Of a DNA stretch of 56,106 nt, positions 38,518-47,372 are shown piece by piece. The position numbers were made by a program, and so were the translations under genes. The DNA comes from a virus. Its lineage: Duplodnaviria > Caudoviricetes. The stretch lies in the IMG/VR virus record IMGVR_UViG_3300030106_002316, positions 1 to 56,106 of that record. One strand, written 5' to 3'. Each line of letters starts with the position of its first letter. Within the stretch, counting starts at the first letter, position 1. The notes under the pieces are model-generated. The model was given only the letters and a program-made list of their open reading frames with translations, was not told the DNA's origin and searched no databases.

Positions 38518-40899
38518 TTAATTTTGTGGTCTATCTATAAAATACCCTGCATATCTTCGGTAAAAAGGAGAGTCTTCATATTCTCTTGTCGCTCTTGCAA
38601 ATCCTGTATCCATCTCTTTACCGAAAGATTCGTAAGCACTTGGAGGAGGAGCGCCATGCATTTGTGTATATTGTTGCGCTTCTTCAGCCATTGCTGCTCT
38701 TCTTTTAGCTCTCTCTCTATCTTGTAGTTCTCTTTCTATATTACGTTTTTCTTGACCTCTTAAATAAAGACTCGAAGATCCTTTTATTGGTTTTCCTGTT
38801 TCAAGAGCCGTCAGAAGTTCTTCATCTCGCACACTCTCATCTACAGTACCGCCCATAAGTGTCGGTGAAAGCGCAACATCTGCTATTGCTTCTGCAGCTT
38901 TAGCTCCTCCTGTGACACCTATACCTATCGCTGTTGTTGCTGCACCTATCGCTAGTTTTTTTGCAGCTTCTGTTATAGCTTTTCTTTCTATTAATTTAGA
39001 TTGGGCTGTTACTTTATCTAGTAGTTGTCTGTAAGACTCTAGATTTCCAGACTCACGTAAAGCTATTGCTTCATCAACTTCAGCTTGAGTCATTACTCCG
39101 TGTTTAAGTTCTTTAAGAAATTTGTACCCTCTCTCACGTACTTTTGCTTTAGGCTCTCCAAGTAATTCATCTGTTTGCGATGAAATTTCTGTAGTAGGAA
39201 TAGTAGTTTTTGTTTTGTCAGGGCCAAACCTTGTTTCTCTTTCTTCCTTTAACTCTGCTGCTTTTAGTTTGTTTTGTTCTGTTTCTATAGCTAACTCAGA
39301 AGCTGCTTTTTCAGATTGGGCTTTAGATAAAGTATTATCTGATTCTATCTTTTGATTAAGCTCTGGCGTTACAGTTTTTTCTTTTTCAGGTACTCCTTGA
39401 GAGATCTCTTCTGGTGTAGTAGGTTGTACTTGATATACTTTTGCTCCTACATTTGTCAATTCAGGTACGTTACCTAAACCAATCTTTGCTGGAATTTCGT
39501 TGAATGTATTTACACCTACAGCTTTGGCTTGCTCTCTTTGTAAAAACGTCTGTCCAACAACCTCACTCGCCGTATCCTCTCCTACCAATCCTAGCGTTAA
39601 ATAGTTTTGCCTTTGTGTAGCATCAAACAATTCAGAGGCTTCACCTAAACTGTCTCGTTGCTTACCCATCATATCATCTATTATTTGTGCTGATACTGAT
39701 GGTGGTAAACCTGATGAGTTAAGAATTAAAGACGTTGTTATTTTTCTGTTATCTTTTGCAGTAAGGTTTCTTCCCATTCCTTTTCTTACAGCACCTGTCT
39801 CATCTACTGTATCTTCAACTAAGTCTGCAAATTCGCCTTTTAAGTTTCCTTTTTCTAAAGCATCAGCTATATTAACATTAGGAAACAACTTAATAGCGTC
39901 AGGTGCATACTTTTCTTTTTTTACAAGACCAGATTGCACTGCTTCTAAAGTCTTTTTTATTCTTTCTCTTATTATGGCTTGAAGATATGGGCTTAAAGGA
40001 GTCGGTTTATATCCTTTTGCTCCTCCTACAAATTCTTCTGTTGGTATTAAAACTGTTGGATTAGTTGCATCTACGTATCCTGGAGATCTTCCTGCTCCTT
40101 TTATGTACTTTATAAACCCTTCCTTACCTCCTCTATCTGCCCATTCAGATGGAATGTACAGTCTTGTAGACACCATCTGCTCTAGTCTTTCTCCAAGAAA
40201 ACCCCACAGATTAACTACAGATCTTTCTGTATCTGCTTTAAATATTGCTTGAGGAGTATTAGCTGAAGGTCGTATATTTTGTATTACTCTTGCATGTCTT
40301 GAATAAAACTGCTCTGCTGTTGGTGATGCTTTAAGTTTAGCACCTTTACTTCTAGGAGCCTTTTTCTTTTTTAAACCTACTTGTAATAATGATAAAAAGT
40401 TAGATTCTTTACCACCAAGATCTAATACATCTTTTGTTCTGTTAAGAAGAAATCTTAAAGTTTCTCCTGCTTGTGTTCCTTTTGTTAAACCAAGAGACTC
40501 TACTCCTTTGTCTTTTGCTTCATCACTAAGAGTCAATAAAGTAGTATCTAGTCCTTTAGTAAAACCTGATTTTGTAAGTTTATTCTCTAGACCTCTTAAC
40601 GCATTGACTCTCTTAACTGATGGAGAAGCTTTGTGCGCCTCTCCTCCTGTATCGGACTGATATGGAAATAGATCTTGAAGTTTCTTTCCTAAAGGTTCTT
40701 TTATTTGTGCGCCATCAACGTTTATTCCTGTATCATACAAACGCAGGATGTTTCCTTCACGTATCGTTAGATCTTTAGGATCTTTAGCCAATAATGCTTC
40801 TCTTGAAGGAATAGAAAAATCTTCACTTGCTATTTGATCAGCAGTGAATAGTACATCTTTTATTTTTTCTAATTCTTTTAAAGGATCTGCTGTCGCCAT
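38518..40899 (-). CDS. 793-aa protein with a tyrosine recombinase / topoisomerase IB / protelomerase-like catalytic pattern
   Basis: Ordered R238 (LGER), K295 (FVGGAKG), K382xxR385 (TAKDNRK), MGK413, Y433; the CDS is secure, the function is tentative. Confidence 0.55.
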   Translation of the reverse strand: MATADPLKELEKIKDVLFTADQIASEDFSIPSREALLAKDPKDLTIREGNILRLYDTGINVDGAQIKEPLGKKLQDLFPYQSDTGGEAHKASPSVKRVNALRGLENKLTKSGFTKGLDTTLLTLSDEAKDKGVESLGLTKGTQAGETLRFLLNRTKDVLDLGGKESNFLSLLQVGLKKKKAPRSKGAKLKASPTAEQFYSRHARVIQNIRPSANTPQAIFKADTERSVVNLWGFLGERLEQMVSTRLYIPSEWADRGGKEGFIKYIKGAGRSPGYVDATNPTVLIPTEEFVGGAKGYKPTPLSPYLQAIIRERIKKTLEAVQSGLVKKEKYAPDAIKLFPNVNIADALEKGNLKGEFADLVEDTVDETGAVRKGMGRNLTAKDNRKITTSLILNSSGLPPSVSAQIIDDMMGKQRDSLGEASELFDATQRQNYLTLGLVGEDTASEVVGQTFLQREQAKAVGVNTFNEIPAKIGLGNVPELTNVGAKVYQVQPTTPEEISQGVPEKEKTVTPELNQKIESDNTLSKAQSEKAASELAIETEQNKLKAAELKEERETRFGPDKTKTTIPTTEISSQTDELLGEPKAKVRERGYKFLKELKHGVMTQAEVDEAIALRESGNLESYRQLLDKVTAQSKLIERKAITEAAKKLAIGAATTAIGIGVTGGAKAAEAIADVALSPTLMGGTVDESVRDEELLTALETGKPIKGSSSLYLRGQEKRNIERELQDRERAKRRAAMAEEAQQYTQMHGAPPPSAYESFGKEMDTGFARATREYEDSPFYRRYAGYFIDRPQN

Positions 40900-40901
40900 T
40901 A

Positions 40902-42545
40902 TTAATAACCGAATACACTGTCTGCGGGTTGAAAAGTATCTTTCTTAATCTGATTGAACAGGTTATTTTGTGGTAAACCTGTCGGCCTCGTCATGCACAT
41001 ATATCGAAGTGCATCGTAAGCGTGATCTTCTGCTTTCGTATCTACGTCCTCGCTGTTCGTCTTAGATAGCGGAATCGTAGGAAGTGTTCTTACTAGGTTG
41101 GTGCAGGTCGAGAACATCTTTAGCTTTGGTTCTTCTGTTCGTTCATTTATAGCTAATCGTCTGTGCAATTCTATTTTACCTGCTATGCGGTGCTTGTCTG
41201 CTGGTATAAACCTTACACCGTTCCGTATCATTGTCTCTGCTATACTTGGGCCTGTTCCATGCTTTGACCAACAGGCTCCGTCCAGTACGGATATTTGCAT
41301 CAAAGGATCGTCTTTCTCTAGGGCGTTGATTGTTTGTGCCAGCCTCTCGCCTGTATACCCTTTAACGTAAAGTTCTCTGTAGATCCATATGACTCCATCC
41401 CAATCTAAAGCACCCCATAAGATACAGCTAGGAGCAGAATAGCCATAGTCGGCTGCTCGTATTCTGGGCCAATTATACGGTACTTCAAATGGTTCAACAA
41501 CGTGTACGGATCTTTCAAATTCTGAAAATGCTGCACCATCTGCAACATCCCAATCACCTTCCAGCAGTCTGCGTCTTTCTACTTCAGGAAGGGAGAGAAG
41601 CATTGCTTCGTATTCTCCGCTTTCCATAAGATACGGGTTATCTGTTAGTCTCGCTGGTATGAATCTACGTTGATAAAGAGGTTCTCCAGCGTGTATAGGA
41701 TGGTTAGGCCCGTATCGCAGTATCTGCTTTGATTCGATGTCTGTGGCCCAAAACGGATCATTAGGAACAGCAGGGTCTATAAACATCTTTTTAATCCACC
41801 AGCCCCCTATACCTCCAGGGTTGGCGGATGCTCTCATATATGTCTCTATGTTTGGATCTGTTGTTCTTAATCGTGAACGAAGGTAGTTCCAAACGTAAGG
41901 AGTGGGGTATTGACCAAGCTCATCTATCCCAATCCACGTAAAACTTTGTCCTTGGTAGCGTGTAACGTCACTGTCTTTATCTACGTAGCTGAATAACGCT
42001 GTCGCTCCGCTTGGAAAAGACCAAGTATTCTTAGACTCTCGAAAGACTGCTCCAGGAAATGCTTTAGGATATAGCTTCCGAGATTGATCTATAAGTTCCG
42101 TTAGCTCCGAAAGTGTACGTCTTAATAATAAAGCTCTGTGATTACCATTTGAAGCGTAACGTAACAGATCGACCAACATGGCGAAGGACTTTCCTCCACC
42201 TGCAGCACCTCCATATAGGACTTCTTTCTCTGGTGCTGCTAAAAAGTCAACTTGTGGCCCCTTATTAGGAGTAAAGATGACTTCTGTATTATCTTTTATT
42301 GATTCCCTTATATCCTTCGGAAGTGATTCTACAAATTCTTTTGTTGTTGCTCCGCCACTTCCTGCTAAACTCTGCCCTTTCTTTTTGTTTGAGACTTGGT
42401 TATTTAGCTTTTTTAGTTTATTTACTACCCTGTTTTGTTTCTTTTTGGCTGCTTTAAGCTCTCGTTGTATCTCCCGTTTCTTTTGTTCTGCGCGAGATAT
42501 ATTGTAACGACCCTTTTCTCCAGGTTTTAGCTTTGGTCGGGCCAT
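40902..42545 (-). CDS. terL: Terminase large subunit
   Basis: Walker A YGGAAGGGKS, Walker B IGIDE, SANPGG, nuclease DYGY and EDHAYDALRY. Confidence 0.95.
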   Translation of the reverse strand: MARPKLKPGEKGRYNISRAEQKKREIQRELKAAKKKQNRVVNKLKKLNNQVSNKKKGQSLAGSGGATTKEFVESLPKDIRESIKDNTEVIFTPNKGPQVDFLAAPEKEVLYGGAAGGGKSFAMLVDLLRYASNGNHRALLLRRTLSELTELIDQSRKLYPKAFPGAVFRESKNTWSFPSGATALFSYVDKDSDVTRYQGQSFTWIGIDELGQYPTPYVWNYLRSRLRTTDPNIETYMRASANPGGIGGWWIKKMFIDPAVPNDPFWATDIESKQILRYGPNHPIHAGEPLYQRRFIPARLTDNPYLMESGEYEAMLLSLPEVERRRLLEGDWDVADGAAFSEFERSVHVVEPFEVPYNWPRIRAADYGYSAPSCILWGALDWDGVIWIYRELYVKGYTGERLAQTINALEKDDPLMQISVLDGACWSKHGTGPSIAETMIRNGVRFIPADKHRIAGKIELHRRLAINERTEEPKLKMFSTCTNLVRTLPTIPLSKTNSEDVDTKAEDHAYDALRYMCMTRPTGLPQNNLFNQIKKDTFQPADSVFGY

Positions 42546-42628
42546 CTATTAGTTCATTACCTTTGCAATGTCTATAATACTTACAGTTAATACAGTGTAT
42601 GCTATAATTGTGAATATAATCACTTGAT

Positions 42629-42907
42629 TTAGGACTTTCGTGATATACGTTTTATGTGTTTAGCTACCTTCTTTGACTGATTGGCGTGTAGCTTACTTGC
42701 TTTTTTGAGTTGTGCAGGTATCTTCTTAACACTTGCAGATACTTTTACTTTACCGCCTTTGTTCATCTTAGCTGTTTTAGCTGAACGTTTAAAGTTAGCA
42801 GCAGTAGGTGCGCCTTTAGCTCCAACCTTACGCATCTTCTCACCACTTCCTGCAGCGATACGTTTTCTCTTTGCGTGTATATTAGCGTATAATCCTCTTT
42901 TAGCCAT
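42629..42907 (-). CDS. Highly basic small late protein
   Basis: GLYANIHAKRKRI.AGSGEKMRK.G.KGAPT..NF..SAKTAK. Confidence 0.75.
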   Translation of the reverse strand: MAKRGLYANIHAKRKRIAAGSGEKMRKVGAKGAPTAANFKRSAKTAKMNKGGKVKVSASVKKIPAQLKKASKLHANQSKKVAKHIKRISRKS

Positions 42908-42909
42908 AT

Positions 42910-43392
42910 CTAATTATCCATAAACTTTGCTTTACGAACACCGCCACCGTTGGCGTAGTTCTTTACTGTGCCACCAGAAGCACGTTGTATGCCTTCCTTT
43001 TTAGCCCATTCTTCATTTCTTTTTCTAACTGCTTCATCTTCTCCTTTATTCAGTGTGGAAGGAGATAGAGCTGTTTCTATGGCTGCAAGATAAGGACTAC
43101 CAAGTGCTTTAAGACCAAATTTAGCAGCAGTTTTAATTGCTTTGTTCCTTGCAAGTTTCTTTGCCATAGCCTTATCAGTTTCTTTTTCGGCTAAAGATAT
43201 GGCATGTTTCTTAGACCGTTCCATGTGCTTATCAGTTGCAGGTTTACGACCCCTTATCTTTTGACTCTTGTTAAATTCTTTAGCAGCTTTCTTACTCTCT
43301 TTGACAGCAGTTTTCTTTTTCTTTTCTAGCAGCTTATTATACTTTTTCTTTTGTCTTGCAGTTAATTCGTCATAATTTATGGTTTCAGCCAT
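42910..43392 (-). CDS. Lys-rich late protein
   Basis: Coupled to terS; ends with RASGGTV and YANGGGV. Confidence 0.7.
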   Translation of the reverse strand: MAETINYDELTARQKKKYNKLLEKKKKTAVKESKKAAKEFNKSQKIRGRKPATDKHMERSKKHAISLAEKETDKAMAKKLARNKAIKTAAKFGLKALGSPYLAAIETALSPSTLNKGEDEAVRKRNEEWAKKEGIQRASGGTVKNYANGGGVRKAKFMDN

Positions 43393-43817
43393 TATACTTG
43401 TTCCTCTTGATCTATCACTATCTCTTTCGGTTTATCCTTGGAAGGAAGCATGATGATGCCATGCATGATATTGCCTTCCACTTCGACTTGTTGCTTCTTA
43501 CCCAAACCCACTCTATCGAGTATGGTTTCTGCGGTTTTAAGTCTGTGATCCATTTGATTAAGAGGGGTTGTACCATCTGCGTCCAGACCTTCTACTATGC
43601 GACTTGCAGCTTTAACAGAGTTAGTAGCAAGCATGTTGCGTGTTCGATCTATTATCTCGTCACGTAACGAGCGCGTTAACCAACTACGAGACTGCTCTTT
43701 GTAACCAGCAGCAGCAACAGCATTCTTAACGTGACCACCATTAGCCATAAGTTCGTTAAGGAACTTCTCTTGTTTCTCTGTCAGATTCTTCTTTTCTTTT
43801 ACTTGAGGTAGGCTCAT
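43392..43817 (-). CDS. terS: Terminase small subunit
   Basis: LTEKQEKFL...GG.V..A..AAGY HTH, ILDRVGLGK, ..LP.K; upstream of terL. Confidence 0.8.
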   Translation of the reverse strand: MSLPQVKEKKNLTEKQEKFLNELMANGGHVKNAVAAAGYKEQSRSWLTRSLRDEIIDRTRNMLATNSVKAASRIVEGLDADGTTPLNQMDHRLKTAETILDRVGLGKKQQVEVEGNIMHGIIMLPSKDKPKEIVIDQEEQV

Positions 43818-44197
43818 TATATAAACACGATAGATACGTGTTCGTTTTCTTTGAAACAGTTTCTACCGAACCTTCTCTTGCAGTAGTGTGTTGCTGCAGT
43901 CTTGTGTTTGAATACTTGTGTACATATCCAAGAAGGAAGCATATATGGCTTTCTCTTACCTTCCTCTATATCAGGATACATCTGCTCCCATACAGCATAC
44001 TTGTTGTCTAAGGAGCGTTGCGTTATATCTATGTGAATCTTGTCTTGTTTACTCATAACATAAAAAGTAGTATTATTAATAAATCTCCGAACCCACCTGC
44101 CATCTATTTTCCCCATTATTGTAAGGTTGCGTAGGTAACAAGGGAAAGGAATCTCTCTTAAACCCATAACGTAGAACGTCTTACGAACTGCATTCAT
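43817..44197 (-). CDS. Hypothetical protein, first gene of the late arm (start uncertain)
   Basis: TAATG coupling to terS; weak RBS at the annotated start. Confidence 0.55.
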   Translation of the reverse strand: MNAVRKTFYVMGLREIPFPCYLRNLTIMGKIDGRWVRRFINNTTFYVMSKQDKIHIDITQRSLDNKYAVWEQMYPDIEEGKRKPYMLPSWICTQVFKHKTAATHYCKRRFGRNCFKENEHVSIVFI

Positions 44198-44344
44198 TTT
44201 GTTATTTTGGGGAGATGTTTGCTACCTACGCAATCTCTAAAAATCTCGTTTAGCAGGAGATAGAAGTAATGTTCCTTATCCCAGATTTGTATGAACTTTA
44301 AGGTTTGTGTGAATATAGACTCTTTTCTACTCGTGCCACCTTCT

Positions 44345-44372
44345 ATTATACACCATATATCAATGTTGTCAA
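44345..44372 (-). promoter_or_regulatory. Sigma70-type promoter pointing into the late arm
   Basis: TTGACA-N16-TATAAT on the minus strand. Confidence 0.8.
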
Positions 44373-44411
44373 GTAAATAATGCTCTAATATGAAAAAAAA
44401 TTATTTTTTAC

Positions 44412-44439
44412 TTGACAGACTCGTAATACGGTGTATAAT
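44412..44439 (+). promoter_or_regulatory. Sigma70-type promoter pointing into non-coding DNA
   Basis: TTGACA-N16-TATAAT with an upstream A/T tract. Confidence 0.8.
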
Positions 44440-44474
44440 AGTGTATAACACTGCCGAGGGGTGCAATAGCAATA

Positions 44475-44492
44475 CTATATAGTACTATATAG
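44475..44492. repeat. Perfect 18-bp palindrome CTATATAGTACTATATAG
   Basis: Direct reading. Confidence 0.9.
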
Positions 44493-44903
44493 AACTGTGC
44501 TGCACTGTGATGAACTACGAGTCCACTCGCACCAAAAGGTTAACAAGACCAGAATAGCTTCAAAAAAATAAAATTAATAGGGGCCGTGAGTATACTATTA
44601 CGGGGGGGCGTAGTGGCCCATGCGCGGGTGTTCCTATTTTGTCCCGCACGAAACATCGCCGATCATTTAGCAATATTGATTATATAAGGAAAACCGCCAA
44701 AGCACTATTTATCCTTATTTTCTGCATTATTTCTTCACGTACACATACATGTGAGTAATCTTGAACTGACATTTTGTATTTATAGTTTTAAAAGTAGTGT
44801 ATAGGGGGCAGGGTGGCGCACATTTCAAACCCTACGCAATAACCCTACTATCCAGACATTACAAAGCTTTAAAGAGTTATGCGAGTTATTACAGCCTACA
44901 CAT

Positions 44904-44939
44904 AAAAAGAACCCTAGCATTCTATAAAGAACACTAGGG
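44904..44939 (-). terminator. Intrinsic terminator ending the minus-strand early cluster
   Basis: CCCUAGUGUUCU-UUAU-AGAAUGCUAGGG 12-bp stem followed by UUCUUUUU. Confidence 0.8.
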
Positions 44940-44964
44940 CCAAGTTAACAGGGAGGAATATACC

Positions 44965-45345
44965 TTATCTTATATATTCTATAAACGCTATCAGGAAGAC
45001 TACAACGCCGAACATGACCGCACCGCCAATTGTTATGCGGTCAAGTAGCTGGATTGCGTGGTCATAACGGTTGTTAAGCAAAGCAATGTCTCGCTGTCTT
45101 GTCATATCTATTGTTTTATTGATCTGCTTTAACTCTGGATCAATCCATTCTGCATTGTAAGCTTTAATAGCCTTATCAACATCCGCCTTATTCATTGTTG
45201 AGAGTGCCAAGCGGTTCATTTCATCCTTAACATCTGCACATTCAGCCAAAACGAACTCACTTGTTAAAACGGGAGATTTAGACGTACCAAGGTTTTCTAA
45301 TGCTTCCCGCATTAACTTGGTTGGATCAGTTACTTGTGTTTTCAT
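44965..45345 (-). CDS. Hypothetical protein with C-terminal TM helix
   Basis: RBS AAGGAG; ITIGGAVMFGVVVFLIAFI. Confidence 0.75.
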   Translation of the reverse strand: MKTQVTDPTKLMREALENLGTSKSPVLTSEFVLAECADVKDEMNRLALSTMNKADVDKAIKAYNAEWIDPELKQINKTIDMTRQRDIALLNNRYDHAIQLLDRITIGGAVMFGVVVFLIAFIEYIR

Positions 45346-45360
45346 CTATTCGCTCCTTCA

Positions 45361-45591
45361 TTAATAGTTAGTAAAACCGATGTGAACATCCTTAGAGAGA
45401 TCAACAGTTGATCCCTTGTAGACTGCGTTTTCGAATGTATCACGGTTAAAGTTTGGATTGTCTCGACCAAACAAGCATATGAAGTCATATATTAAAGGAT
45501 CAATACGGACTTTCGTTTCATCGTCCTTCACATAGTCATTAAGAAGTTTCGCAATGTCGATATAATGCCGTTTTTGATATTTACTAGCCAT
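45361..45591 (-). CDS. Small phage hypothetical protein
   Basis: HY..IA.LL...F..DNPNF....F..A pattern. Confidence 0.75.
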   Translation of the reverse strand: MASKYQKRHYIDIAKLLNDYVKDDETKVRIDPLIYDFICLFGRDNPNFNRDTFENAVYKGSTVDLSKDVHIGFTNY

Positions 45592-45901
45592 TGTGCTTAA
45601 TCTCCCATTCTAAAGGCTTATTTGTGCTGTTCTTTACATCCTCGCGCCTTCTCTGAATAACGCCTTTCGCTAGGCTATCAATTGTGACCCGTGTATCCCA
45701 ACGACTAATCACATCCAATTCATCGCGCATATTCATTTGTTTTAATCGCAAAGCAAGCACGTAACTGTTGCATTCATCACAGCATCGCCCGTCAATTATA
45801 GGCTGTGCATTATGTCCATCGCTCCAAATAACCTTGCCGTTCTTTTCATCACGAACGGGCTGGATATCACCTTTGCAAATATCGCATGTTTTCTTTTTCA
45901 T
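45584..45901 (-). CDS. Zinc-finger-like hypothetical protein
   Basis: CDIC...GHNAQP..DGRCCDECN. Confidence 0.75.
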   Translation of the reverse strand: MKKKTCDICKGDIQPVRDEKNGKVIWSDGHNAQPIIDGRCCDECNSYVLALRLKQMNMRDELDVISRWDTRVTIDSLAKGVIQRRREDVKNSTNKPLEWEIKHNG

Positions 45902-46042
45902 AATCTATAATCCTTCTCTGTTAAAGTTAGGGCGGAAACATCTCTGCAACCGCCCGTAAGTTTTAACCGAATACTAAAGATAATGCAACAATTATTGCTA
46001 TTATCACACCTATTTTATATAGGCCAATAATTGCTTCATACA

Positions 46043-47158
46043 TTACGCAACAAGCAATTCTTTTGCTTTGTTAAATGCTTTGGTTTTAATGTCAGTAGCA
46101 CCAGCACCATAGAAAGCTTTATCCAATCGATTATCCTGACCGTGATCTCTGACAGGCTTATGGTCTGACATATAAGTGACAGTATTAAACGCACCCCAGA
46201 GAGTACCTTGAGCGCTTGGCTTATCCCATCCCATATTGATAGCTGACGATTGCTTACTAACAATTTCACTTTCCTCTTGGATCTCATCGTGAGATTTACC
46301 AGACAACAAGCCGTCAATAATCTCCTGCTGCCTTCTGATCTGAGCATCCTTTGTTTCTTTTGATGAACTATTCGGAGCAAACTCTTGTCCTCTGAAATAT
46401 GCCATTGCTTTCCTGACACCTTCAGAGTGTATAAGCTTGCCTGATTTGTCCTCGCGTTCTTTACCGCCAAACACTGAACGGAAATACTCAATCTCCTCCT
46501 CACCTTGAAGAACACGTTGCGCCATCTGTTTGGCAAGTCCTTCCAACTTTCCAAAGTTCTTAGAACTGACACCAAGAGCAACTTTCAATGCGTCTGCATC
46601 GAACACGGCGCGGTGGTTATGAGTAACAATATCTTCCGCCCCGCCCATTGCTAAACGCATCGTATTAGCACACACGACACGAACTGGTGTATTCAAAGCA
46701 CTGTTTGCGTGTTTACCAGTATGTGAAATAGTGAATAACAAATTGTTGTGAACCCAGTCATCATCCCCGAGATCAAACCCCTCATTCGTGGTAGCCATAC
46801 ACCAAACTTTCTGACCACCAAACAACGAGCCAGCGGTGTGCAGATACATTGAACCATTGTTAACAAACTCAGAGAAGAACTCGAACAACTCTTTGTTCTG
46901 AACTGGCTTGTAGTCTCCTGCAACATAATGTCCTAATATCTGACCATCGCTGATACGTTCAATAAAGTTAGAGTTTTCAATTGGCTCTGATGGATAATAC
47001 TCGTGGTTTGCTGGATAACAGTTATTGTTTAACTTCACTTCCCAATCGCAACCTGCTTCCACCATCATTTGCTCTGGTGTCAGATCATTGCTAATTGGAT
47101 TACCTAACCCATGCCAAGGTGTTTCTCCTGCGAAGGCCATTGTTTCTACTTCATGCAT
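46043..47158 (-). CDS. DUF932 / TIGR03299 phage-plasmid family protein
   Basis: MHEVETMAF.GE.PWHGLG, Y.PVQN, TAGSL.GG.KVW, TPVRVVCANT, GTLWGAFN.VT. Confidence 0.9.
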   Translation of the reverse strand: MHEVETMAFAGETPWHGLGNPISNDLTPEQMMVEAGCDWEVKLNNNCYPANHEYYPSEPIENSNFIERISDGQILGHYVAGDYKPVQNKELFEFFSEFVNNGSMYLHTAGSLFGGQKVWCMATTNEGFDLGDDDWVHNNLLFTISHTGKHANSALNTPVRVVCANTMRLAMGGAEDIVTHNHRAVFDADALKVALGVSSKNFGKLEGLAKQMAQRVLQGEEEIEYFRSVFGGKEREDKSGKLIHSEGVRKAMAYFRGQEFAPNSSSKETKDAQIRRQQEIIDGLLSGKSHDEIQEESEIVSKQSSAINMGWDKPSAQGTLWGAFNTVTYMSDHKPVRDHGQDNRLDKAFYGAGATDIKTKAFNKAKELLVA

Positions 47159-47288
47159 AATCTTTCCTTTCTATGCTGTTAACTGCTCTGCGATATTGCG
47201 GAGCATACCCTACTTATAAATACTTGGCTGTTAATTGCAAGAACTTTTATTGCAACATAAGCTTGTAATAATCTTGGAACATAACGTG

Positions 47289-47372
47289 CTAATAAGACTG
47301 CAACACAAGACTCCAGTACAAGCAACAGACCGATCCCACCAAGAGTGAAACCATCACAATACCTTCGGTCAC
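47289..47372 (-). CDS. Possible 27-aa membrane peptide
   Basis: GTG start overlapping the upstream stop, RBS AGGAG; (M)TEGIVMVSLLVGSVCCLYWSLVLQSY. Confidence 0.4.
   Translation of the reverse strand: MTEGIVMVSLLVGSVCCLYWSLVLQSY

Noticed and set aside
38518-40899. Calling this a canonical integrase and the phage temperate
   Set aside because: Both catalytic His positions are Lys, it sits in the packaging operon, and no repressor or att site was recognised
42549-42623. Possible 24-aa hydrophobic peptide upstream of terL
   Set aside because: GTG start without a clear RBS; AT-rich DNA readily gives hydrophobic frames
44198-44964. tRNA genes in this or other intergenic gaps
   Set aside because: No cloverleaf with a T-loop GTTCRA and acceptor stem could be found by eye; tRNAscan-SE would settle it
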